A program made the position numbers and the translations under genes. Shown here in pieces: positions 38,231 to 50,265 of a stretch of DNA of 64,000 nucleotides. The notes beneath the pieces were generated by a model. That model had not been told where the DNA came from. It was given only the letters and a program-made list of their open reading frames with translations, and did not search any database. How positions within the stretch are numbered: the first letter of the stretch is position 1; each line of letters begins with the position of its first letter. Source of the stretch: Octopus bimaculoides (Eukaryota). Location of the stretch: NCBI RefSeq assembly GCF_001194135.2, contig NC_068984.1:25674225-25738224 (forward strand). Reading direction: 5' to 3'.

Positions 38231-40244
38231 ATTCTGCTCAAATTACAAAAAACAACACATAAGTTTGCTTTAGCTTAAGTTAGCAGAGCTGCTTTTTAAG
38301 GCTTCGTTAGAGCAGGATCTCTGAAACTAGTGAAGGGAAGGGAAGGGAGATAAAAACCATGACTCATGCAACAGCAGGAAGCAGCTTACCACAAAAATAA
38401 ATCATCTCCAAACTGGGATCTTCAAATGCTTACAACAAAGAGGATTTTACTATAAGCATGAAAAGTGGCAATATTAAATTGGATGACAGATTAAGTATAC
38501 CACCAAAAATATACACAGTACATCCAATAAGCTTCTGTAGAATTTCTGTCTACCAGTTTTCACTTGATCTAAGGATAGAGTAGAAGACACTTACCTAAAG
38601 TTTGCACAGTGGAATTGCACTTAGAACAATGAAATGGCAAAGCTAAACTTTTAATCTAATTGTTAGGTAAATGTATTATTTATTTGTAGGATACCTATAT
38701 TATATTAAAACTACAAACAAAAAGCAAGGACACTAATAATATAAATTAAGTCTGAACAAACATGAGTGAAGTCTGACAATATAGCATCTGGCTGTACAAA
38801 GTCTACCTCAAAACTCCGTCTGATCCAATGCTAGCATGGAAAAGCGGATGTTAAAAAAACAACAACAACATAATATAGTTCAATAATGTTTTTACTTTGG
38901 CATCAGGTTAGTAATCAATCACAGAACAGGCTTGGCATTTATTCTGTCAACCAGGTGATGGAGAGCAGATTGAAAAGTCAATAAGGAAACTTCTACATGG
39001 CTGTATGAGCCAACAAGGGAACTTCTACATAGCTCGATCCACTAAGAATAGCAGTCAAATTTCCCTCAGACTGTACCACACTGTCTTATGCAAGGACAAG
39101 ACAAATTAGAAAATGTAGTATCACTGAGATGGGATGATCATAGCTGGAATGCTTTTGATTGTAGATCTGTTTGATCAGGGTTGTTCAGACCCTTAACAAG
39201 AACAAGACAATGAAAAGCAAAGCGAACTCCAGCAGGATTTCACCTCAAAAATTTAGAAGGCTGAAGCCACATCACTGCAAGGCATTTAGCCCAGTGTGCT
39301 ACTATTTTCCACACTTTTACTACCTGAATATAATTTTGTCAACAGAAATTACTAAATAATATAGACACACAAAAAGAAAAATAAGTGCAGTAGATAAAAT
39401 ATTTCTATGATTTGTTTATTCATACAAATAACATTTGAAGAAACAAAAATATAAATGAAAACATTTAAAAAACATGAAACAAACAAACAAACAAAAATCA
39501 AAGGGTTAAGAAACTTCTAGAAAAAGTAACCCTCATTCTTGAAATTTCAGCCACCACTTAGTATTAATAACAACAAAAAGTTTACATCTTTATATTTTTT
39601 TAGCCCCTTTTATTATTTTTCTTATCAAAATAAGAAAAAGAAACATTGTAAGGAACAGACAGTTATTTAGCAAAAGAAGAATGGTAGAATGTGATTGCTG
39701 CTGATGTATTCTTTTCCATTTAATAACAAAAAACATCTAGATACAAACACACACAGACATACACCCCAAGTGTGTATAATAGATATATGTAAAATATACA
39801 AGAGCATTATACACACACTCGCATACATACACAGAGAATTATACACGTGCATAATATTATTATTATAGACACGTGTACATATAAATGAGCTTTACTCACA
39901 TTCACACTGTCATTCCCTGTTCACACATTTTGAGTTTGAAATGATTGATTAATTCCAAGTGTATAGTTGCAAGATTGCAAACTTTCCCAATAACCACTCC
40001 CAACTCCACTCAACTCTTGATAAGGTGTGTGTGTGTGTATGTGGGTGTGGATGTGTGTGTGTGTGTTTATGTGTAAGGGAAAGAACTGAGAAGGAAATAA
40101 AAACGATGGCTTTGTGGGAGAAAAAGCTGAAAGTCACTGTTTCAGCAATGCCTAAAAAAGTCTGTCCTTGACTTGGAATATTACCAGTAACTGGATGGTA
40201 TTGTTACAAATGGCCAAATTTGTACTACTTTTACACTACAGCTT

Positions 40245-40322
40245 TTATTTTAATTTCTTTCCTTTTTTGATTCCTTTCTTAATTCTAGGTTTGTCCTTGA
40301 TTCGGCCTTGTTTCCTTCTTGC
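40245..40322 (-). CDS. STT3B: STT3B last coding exon (78 bp incl. TAA): [25 protein letters not shown]
   Basis: gcttttgcag| acceptor, phase 0, polybasic tail like vertebrate TTKRKRGYIKNK..KKGKK; TAA at 40247-40245. Confidence 0.85.
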   Translation of the reverse strand, partial: ARRKQGRIKDKPRIKKGIKKGKKLK

Positions 40323-43300
40323 CTGCAAAAGCAATGATCATCATCAGTATTATAATCATGACAAGTAACAAAAGTTTACAACAGAAAAATTAAGCAGTTA
40401 CATTATAAACTGGGCAATACTGTCTACAGACCTTAGAATTCAAATCATGAGAGGCTTGCTCTATGTTACTGAGTAAGTTTAATAAATAAATGCCTTGATA
40501 TATATATATAGGGAGAATTCACAAAAAAAAAAAAAAAAGACGAAGACAGGTGGTGTAGAAACCAAACAGATGTATTAGTATAACGCTTGGGAATTGAAAA
40601 AGTCTTTAACGTTTCGAGTCTATTCTCTCCCACAGAAAGAAACAAGGAGAGAAACAAGCAGAGAAAAAAAAATGTGTGTAGTGGTTAGCGATCTATCATG
40701 GTGAATCGTTAACCACTACACACATTTTTTTTCTCTGCTTCTTTCCTTGTTTCTTTCTGTGGAAGAGCGTAGGCTCGAAACGTTAAAGACTTTTTCAATT
40801 CCTGAGCATTATACTAATACATCTGTTTGTTTTCTGGTTTTTTTTTGTGAATTCTCCCTATACATATCACATGCTCACGTGGTCGCACCAGTTGATCCGG
40901 TCTCCTCTTATCACCCATGAACTTCTTGACTGGACTTTCTACCTTTCTACACCCCAGCTGCACCTCTCCTGCCTATGGATTACTCTGGACTCTTCTGTAT
41001 GTATATGTGTATGTATATATNNNNNNNNNNNNNNNNNNNNNNNNNNNNNNNNNNNNNNNNNNNNNNNNNNNNNNNNNNNNNNNNNNNNNNNNNNNNNNNN
41101 NNNNNNNNNNNNNNNNNNNNNATTTAAAAGGCTAAACAATGCAAATAGATTTTAAGATGAGGTAACGTAAACTAAAAGTTTGGGTAACCAAGTATTTTCT
41201 TTGCAGTACCACACCTGTGTCTGTCTTCATTCCTGATCTTTCTCTCTCTGGCCAGGTAACCTTGTACTTCCTCTACAGCAAGACACCTGTATCTGTCTGA
41301 TTATAACCCTTTCATCATTACCTCCTCCCCTCTCAAAAGTTTTTGTCTTGCAAGTACTTGGTGACCCTGTCAGTGCAGGTGCCACTTAAAAGCACCCAAA
41401 CCACACTGCAAAGTGGCTGGTGTTCGGAAGAGCGTCCAGCTGTAAAAACCTTGTCAAAACTGACTTCGCCTGTGCATGTGCCATGTAAAAAGCACTACTC
41501 ACCTCGCCTGAGCTTGTGCCACTTAAAAGCATTAAGTCCACTCTGCTGAGTGGTTGGTGTTAGGAAGGGCATCTAGCTGTAAAAATCCTGCCAAAACAGT
41601 CATAGAAGTCTGGTGCAGGCTTTGGCTTGGCCAGCTCTTGTGAAACCATCCCACCCATGCTAGCATGGAATACGGACATTAAATGATGATGATGATAAAT
41701 AAAGATCTTGAACATATAATCTGAGGATTATATCATTTCTACTAAATTCAAGGAAACTGTTTTACACCAAAATAGATGAATAACTATCAATTTCTCTAGA
41801 TCTGGAGGTAAATTGTGAATTGATCAAATATTTATATTAAAGAAAGTTAGCTATGAAGACTACTATTCAGACAAGAGACCACCTATAATTCTTTTTATTA
41901 ATTTGATGGTTTAAACTGGGAAATAGCAAATATTTAAGTATCCATCATCTGCATAAGTGTTTCCTCCATTGCTTTATTTTACAGTTATATTAAAAAAAAA
42001 CAGCTAGTCCTCAGTGCTTAAAAGAGCAAGTTTTATGCATTTAGAAACCATTTCAAAATGCTTCCCAACTAGATGGTAAACAATGAGAATGCCACTAATG
42101 AAAGGTGGAATCAGGTCAGGAAAACTAGATTATGTTAATAGAAGCAGTGGTTAAAATAAGGAAATGGTGCAACACTGCAAGTAGAATTATTAATCTGCAA
42201 AAGCTACAATACGTAGTAATCTACCTGTGGGAGGATATGTAATGCATGCTTCTATTTTGGATTTTTTGTGGATGGCAGAAATGAACTTAAGAAACACATT
42301 AATACTTGGATTATTTGTCAAATTTTATTGACTTCACCACTAAGATGTGTAGGTAGAACATTATAACTTTCTGGGAAGAATGAGTGATGGGTGACAACTA
42401 AAACATTCAAACTTTTTATGGTGTTCATTGTTTTCAGAAAGTTATGAAGCTGTAATAGATCAAGTGTGTAACAGAAGGGAAAATTAAGCACATTGTGTTC
42501 TACACATCTAAGCATCAGTGGTGTTGACTTGGACAGAGAAAGGTAAGACGAAAACTAGATATTTGTCTAAATTGTCTTTCTAATCATATATAGATAACAT
42601 CTGTAACAATTAAACTATATCAGATTAGAGATAAGTCTGACATCATCAATTTTAATAAAAAAAAAATCTAAAATCTTTATATCATGCTTTGTGAAGTTAA
42701 AATCGGATTTATTAGCAGGACAGCTACATATAAAATACAGATACACAGAAACAACATTTCTTATAAAAACTTAAACTTACAGTTTTCGTTGAGTATCGCT
42801 TGGTAGGTCTCTTCACAGGCCGCCGAATTTTAATCCGTTGGCGATTTTCCAAATCTTTTACTTTGTAAATTCTGACCAACCAATGTTCAGTAGTATATGC
42901 TTCCTCAAGATGACTAAGATCAAAATCTTTGTTTCCAATTTCTACTCCTCGAGTCCGATCAAATCCAGGAGGATTTCTGAAATCAAGCTATAAAATATAA
43001 AAAGAAAATTGAATTTCTTAGAGGTAAAAAAACAAAACAATTTCTAACTTATATTTTAAACTTTATTTGCTGTGTTTGGAGGAAAGGCCAATACCCAAGA
43101 CTTTCGCAAGTCCTCAGAGATCAGAGAACTAAGTGGCAATAATATTCTGTTTAAAATGTTGCAGGCTAACATTCACAGCAAAGATATAAGCAGAGAAGAT
43201 TCCAGAGGACCAATGTTCAAGGGAGAAAAAACTGGGAAAGGTGATTAGTGCAAGTTGGAAAGGCAGGTTTAGATGCAATAAGGATGACAAAGGGTAGATG

Positions 43301-46300
43301 TACAAGACCAGCCAGCACCAAGGTACAAGGGCCATTATAGTAGCAATAGAAAAGACAGAGACAGGAGACAGAATGCCTGTGAGCGAGAGGCTGGAGCTGG
43401 ACCATGTCCGTTAGTGATTGAATGCCAATCAGACGAGTGGGTCTTCTCTGGATGAAGTCTAGGATGTCTGTGTATGTAATAGAAGCACCAGCTCAGCATA
43501 ATAATTTATACCTAAATAGTAGACATATAAAATGTTGCTGTGATGTAATTAAAGAAAATTATTTGTATGAAAATGTTATTCTATTCAATATAATTAAAAA
43601 GACAACTAAAAATCTCACTAATAATAACAATACAATCATAGTGCAATAAATTTGTAATATAGTTGATTGAATTCTATTACTTTAATTATTAGCTTGCTAT
43701 ATGAAAACTTAATACTGATGAGGTACTACCATATATGATATAGTATGCCTAGAAATATTAATTAATTAATTACAGCCTCAGTTGTAAGAACAATTAGCTA
43801 AATGACTAACTTCAGTCTTTTTTTTAAAGGCAAGGGGAAACAACCATGGAATATTTATTAAAAATGGGTTGTGACCTATCTTTAACATGATACTCCAGCT
43901 GTGAAACCAATATCTCCTTTTTAAAATGGTAGGTGTGGTTTGAGGGAGATTCAGTTGCTATTTGTAGCAGGTTGAATGCCCAAGTAGAAACTATCACTGA
44001 GCAACAAACATATGTATTATTTGATTTTACAAGCTTGACTAAAATGTATATGACCAATGGATTACAGCAATTAAAGATGTAGTGTCAAATTTATATATAA
44101 TTCTTATTATGTAAGCAATTAATTTTACTGAAAATAACATGTATTCGTTTGTTCATTTTTATATCTGCTTTTCCATGCTAGCAAGGATTAGACGACTTAT
44201 TGAAGCAGTATTTTACAGTCAGATGCGCTTCCTATGTTTTTCAAGTAAGGAATTTAAAAAATTTCATTGGTTGTCACAAGTGGCAAGGCTTATAAGACAG
44301 TTTACAAGGGATGTAAACATGATATCACTGTTTTGTCCATATGAAAGCATATATTTTGTAAACATTCATACACAAGCACACACAGTTTATGCCTATCAAT
44401 TTCACTAACAAGGCATTGGTTAGTCTGAGATTATAATAGAAATCACCTGTCCAAGATGTCGTGCAATGGGATAGATCCTGAAATCATGTAATAATGCAGT
44501 AAACTTTGTATCCACACATTCATCCCTGAGCCAAATTAATAAATTCAATCATCAAATTAAATTAGTAAATTTCATGTTCTGAATTACCATACCTGGAGTT
44601 GGCCAAATCGATAATATGAAAGCTTGTACATTAAGCAATTCAAGAGTGTTGAAGAGCCGGCTGCATCAACTCGAAACTCTCCTTGTGGTGTGAAATAATC
44701 AGATTCCTAAAACAAAAGTTATACAATATTAATCAACAAACACTTCGACTTATCATTAGATATGTAAACAATGAAACAGGGTAACTTTGGGTAAATCAAA
44801 CCTCAAAAGAAAATATGTAAATCTTATGTAGGAAAACAAATTTTGTATTTCTTAAAGCAGTAATTTATTTTATGATGCAAGCTGATTCAGTGATTAAAAT
44901 GTTTCATTCAGCATCAATGAGATTTCTCTCCAAATGTTTTGCTTTGCTCATCTCATAACAATATTCATCTTCTCTTGCTAGCGGGAGTTGGACAAATTTA
45001 TTATACAGCATCTTCTTAAGTGCATCAGCTCACCTTTAATGCTTGTTGTGTATGGATGAGGACAGCTGTGTGAGGAAATGCCACTCCCTAACTGTGGAAG
45101 GAACCTGTGGAAGAGGTAGACCCAGGAAGACATGGGATGAGGTGATGAAGCATGACCTTCGAACACTGGGCCTCACAGAGGCAATGACGGGAAACGGAGA
45201 CCTTTGAAGATATGCTGTGATTGAGAAGACTTGGCAACTAAAGTTAGATCGCAACCATGCATGTCCGGCCCAGTTAAGAGTACCCCTGATGTATCGTGCG
45301 ATATATGCTTGAGAAAACCTGTTGAGTTAAGTAAAACCAATATTGTAGCTGTTGCCAGTGCCCCCTGAGTGGCTCTTGTGCCGGTGGCACGTAAAAGGCA
45401 CCATCTGAGCGTGGCCGATGCCAGTACCCTCTGACTGGCTCTCGTGCTGGTGGCATGTAAAAAGCTCCGTCTGAACGTGGCCAACGCCAGTACCCCCTGA
45501 CTGGCCCGCATACTGGTGGTACGTAAAAAGCACTATCCGAACGTGATCGATGCCAGGCCCGCTTGACTGGCTTTTGTGCCAGTGGCACATAAAAAGCACC
45601 CACTACACTCTCAGAGTGGTTGGCGTTAAGAAGGGCACCCAGCTATAGAAACCTTGCCAGATCAGATTGGAGCCTGGTGCAGCTGCTGGCTCTCCAGACC
45701 TCAGTCAAACTGACCAACCCATGCCAGCATGGAAAATGGATGTTAAATGATAATGATGACAGAACAGTATTTAAGCTATTGCAGTGTGGAAGGTGTTTAT
45801 AAGCCATTTAAAAACACACAAAAGCCATTCGATTCACTTCAACATTTAAATTTAATTTGTCAAAATATTTTCGTTGCTTTCAAAACCGTGACCTGTTCAC
45901 TGACAAAATTCTGTGCTGCATCTATAACTATTTAAGCTGTTTTTAGAAATACCAAATCACTGGTATTCTAGCTGTTCAAAAAATGCTATGGTCAAATTAT
46001 TATTAGTTAGATCAATGTTACATAAATTAGTCAAACCATATAAACTTACTCTGATATCTTTTGGGTGTTCTCCTTCAGCAATTCTCACCATCCATAAAAA
46101 TTTATTAATGTCATCTCCAGAGTAACCTATGACACCACCAAATATCACAAGTACATAGTTAACATCTAAAGATCGCATGATGTCATATGCTGCTGTCTCA
46201 TTTGATGACATAGCTTTGCCAACCTGAATAGTGAGGAAGAATAGTATAGAATGTTAATTTCAATATCAATTTCTTAGACACAAAACAAACTGTTTAAAAG

Positions 46301-47248
46301 GAAGGTTAAGTACATTACACTGAACCTAACGTATAACTGGTACTTATATCATTGATTCCAGAGAGATGAAAGTTTAAGTTGATCCCACTAGCCTTAGTAT
46401 TCAGAAGATAGCAGAACAAATTATTGTTTTTTTTTCAACTAGGCATCATGGCTATATTAATTTTGGTTAAAATAAGACAATATTACATGTGCAAAGCAAG
46501 CCTATATTTCCATGGTTCAAATATAGAACTAGCAAATAAAAAATTAAACTGACCTTTAATTAATACAGAGATATAAAATAATTAAAAATAAAAACATAAT
46601 TTAGGTATTTAGAAAAGAATATAACCAGAAATGTTTATTTAATGAAAAAAAAAAAATTGATATAAGATAAAAAAAAACAAAAACCTTACCAATGCTATAT
46701 GGCTGTTGTTCCAAGTATTATTATCTACTAATGTAGTCCGATTTCCCATTCCAGCAATCTGATAACCATAGTCCCACCAAGACATTATTCTTGCTTTATC
46801 ATGTGTATTTTGACGTAGCCAATAATAAGCTTCACGGAAATCATCTAAAATAGTGCGGCTCCTGGTGAAAAGAGAACACATTTCCATATGCAGAGATGAA
46901 CACAACATTAATTTTTTTACAACAGCAAACATAAATAGTAACATATCTCTTTATTGCAGATATTTTCACCATTTATTTATTTCAAACAGCTGTAAGATTA
47001 TTATATTAACCTCCTCCTCCCCTTAGACTAAATGGTATCTAAATTAACACATTTTTCAAGGTTGACCATCAGTTCACATGTCTACTGTAAGCCAAAATTC
47101 AGTTAACAGTCTCCCACTTTCACAGTGCAAGCTTCTGCAGCAGTCCCTGCTTCCTCTCCTGCTAATTGACTTCTCTAACCAGGCAATAAAATTTGCTGAA
47201 GTCTTTAATGACAACCAGATTGCTATCTGCTTAAGAATGTAGTGTGTA

Positions 47249-47296
<48 letters not shown>

Positions 47297-47614
47297 NNNN
47301 NNNNNNNNNNNNNNNNNNNNNNNNNNNNNNNNNNNNNNNNNNNNNNNNNNNNNNNNNNNNNNNNNNNNNNNNNNNNNNNNNNNNNNNNNNNNNNNNNNNN
47401 NNNNNNNNNNNNNNNNNNNNNNNNNNNNNNNNNNNNNNNNNNNNNNNNNNNNNNNNNNNNNNNNNNNNNNNNNNNNNNNNNNNNNNNNNNNNNNNNNNNN
47501 NNNNNNNNNNNNNNNNNNNNNNNNNNNNNNNNNNNNNNNNNNNNNNNNNNNNNNNNNNNNNNNNNNNNNNNNNNNNNNNNNNNNNNNNNNNNNNNNNNNN
47601 NNNNNNNNNNNNNN

Positions 47615-47655
<41 letters not shown>

Positions 47656-50216
47656 TATGACGGGCTTCTTTCAGTTTCTGTCTACCAAATCCACTCATAA
47701 GGCTTTGGTCGGCCCGAGGCTAGAGAAGACATTTGCCCAAGATGCCACACAGTGGGACTGAACCTGGAACCATGTGGTTGGTAAGCAAGCTACTTACCAC
47801 ACAGCCACTCCTGCACCTGTGTTCAAAATGTAATTTTTTCTTCTAGATGAGAAAATGTGATTTGAGGGAGATTTAGCTACTACTTCAACCAATTTGAGTG
47901 ACTGCATTGAAGCTTCCCGCCCCCCAACAATTAATAACATGGATTTCTTTATGCTTGCATTGATTTCACAAATACTGACATAGATAATACAAAATTGGTA
48001 TGCTTACCCATCATGGTTAAATGAAGCGAGTACAATACTAGGACTTGAGTATGCACTGCTTGTAACCCAAGTACAATGTACAGCAAAAAGCATTAACATC
48101 ATCACAACTGCAATGTTTATGATACTTTTGATATTAATACCAAGGCTTTCTTGTTCCTTGGGCTTGTCATCTTTTATCTTCTTGGCTTTACCAACCTTAA
48201 ACATTGAAAGAAAAGGAAAACTGATGTAGAAATAATTTACTTATATTTACTAATTAAACACAAATTCCTATCAACATAAGTATTGATTTAACTTTCAAAG
48301 CTTTATATAAAAGTGTCAAAGTTGTCAATTTTTCCAATGATAATACACAGTTTAGGTAAAAATTCACAAATTCTTACCACCAACAAAAAATTTTTCAATC
48401 TGAAAAAATATTTTCAATAGAATTTCTAAGACAATTTACTTTGTTAATTGTTGGCACTCCGTCGTTTACGATGTCGAGGGTTCCAGTTGATCCGATCAAC
48501 GGAACAGCCAGCTCGTGAAATTAACGTGCAAGTGGCTGAGCACTCCACAGACACATGTACCCTTAACGTAGTTCTTGGGGATATTCAGTGTGACACAGTG
48601 TGACAAGGCTCACCCTTTGAATTACAGGTACAACAGAAACAGGAAGTAAGAGTGAGAGAAAGTTGTGGTGAAAGAGTACAGCAGGGTTCGCCACCATCCC
48701 CTGCTGGAGCCTCGTGGAGCTTTCGGTGCTTTCGCTCAATAAACACTCACAACGCCCAGTCTGGGAATCGAAACCGCGATCCTATGACCGCGAGTCCGCT
48801 GCCCTAACCACTGGGCCATTGCGTCTCCACTACTTTGTTAATAACCATAATAAAATTATTTTTCATCATGACTGCTCTGTGTGTATATCTATCTTGTCAA
48901 AATAATTTGTACTGATAGAGACAAAATACACACACACACATATAATATATACATGCATGTGTGTGTGTACTATAACATGTATTTTCTTGCATTGGTTCCA
49001 GGTATTGGGTTGTGGCCATGAGGGGTGCCACCTTCAAAGGTTTTAGTCAATCTTATGGCTGCCAATACTTTAATACTTTTTTTTATTGCTCTGTACTTAT
49101 ATCATGGCTAAATACACCAGAGGGACATAATATCTTTGATAATATACAGCTAGATACACACACACATACAAGATAAATACTTTAGATATGGATTACAACA
49201 ATACTAATATAATTTACTGGAAATAAACAAAATGACTAGGGAACTCTATGCGAACCATACTCTACAGCAGTGCTTCTTTAAGTGGAAGCAGTATAGCAAG
49301 GGAAAGCGAGGAAACATATTTTAATTGTTCTAATTTTCAAAAATATTTTCTATTTTTTTTCTGAGTGTGAATATTCTAGTAATATTAGTGGTTGAATTAT
49401 GGCAGTGAACTGGCAGAATCATTAGCATGGCTGGTAGAGTCGTTAGCATGGCTGGCAGAGTCATTAGCATGGCTGGCAAAATGCTTAGCAGTATTTTTGT
49501 CTGTCTTTACGCTCTGAGTTGACTTAGCCTCTCGTCCTTTCAGAGTTGATAAAATAAGTACCAGTTGAACTCTGGGGCCAATGTAATCAACTTACCCCTC
49601 CCCCAAAATTTTAAACCAATATCAGTAGCTGAAATGGTTTGTCATTTCATATGATATAGATGAAATGACTTATGTGCAAATAGTCTTTTAATGGTAATCA
49701 ACTCACCAGCAGTGATGATTCGTGTTGTATTTAATTTTGTTGAATTGCAGCAACGCAAAGTTGAAAGAGTGTGAGTAAGAGAAAGGGAGTGATAGCTATA
49801 TATATATATATNNNNNNNNNNNNNNNNNNNNNNNNNNNNNNNNNNNNNNNNNNNNNNNNNNNNNNNNNNNNNNNNNNNNNNNNNNNNNNNNNNNNNNNNN
49901 NNNNNNNNNNNNNNNNNNNNNNNNNNNNNNNNNNNNNNNNNNNNNNNNNNNNNNNNNNNNNNNNNNNNNNNNNNNNNNNNNNNNNNNNNNNNNNNNNNNN
50001 NNNNNNNNNNNNNNNNNNNNNNNNNNNNNNNNNNNNNNNNNNNNNNNNNNNNNNNNNNNNNNNNNNNNNNNNNNNNNNNNNNNNNNNNNNNNNNNNNNNN
50101 NNNNNNNNNNNNNNNNNNNNNNNNNNNNNNNNNNNNNNNNNNNNNNNNNNNNNNNNNNNNNNNNNNNNNNNNNNNNNNNNNNNNNNNNNNNNNNNNNNNN
50201 NNNNNNNNNNNNNNNN

Positions 50217-50265
<49 letters not shown>

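Noticed and set aside
46862-46944. N-terminal extensions of STT3B ORFs in the track (also 56372-56387 and 48196-48204) and read-through tails
   Set aside because: Intronic sequence outside the AG/GT boundaries; not homologous to STT3.
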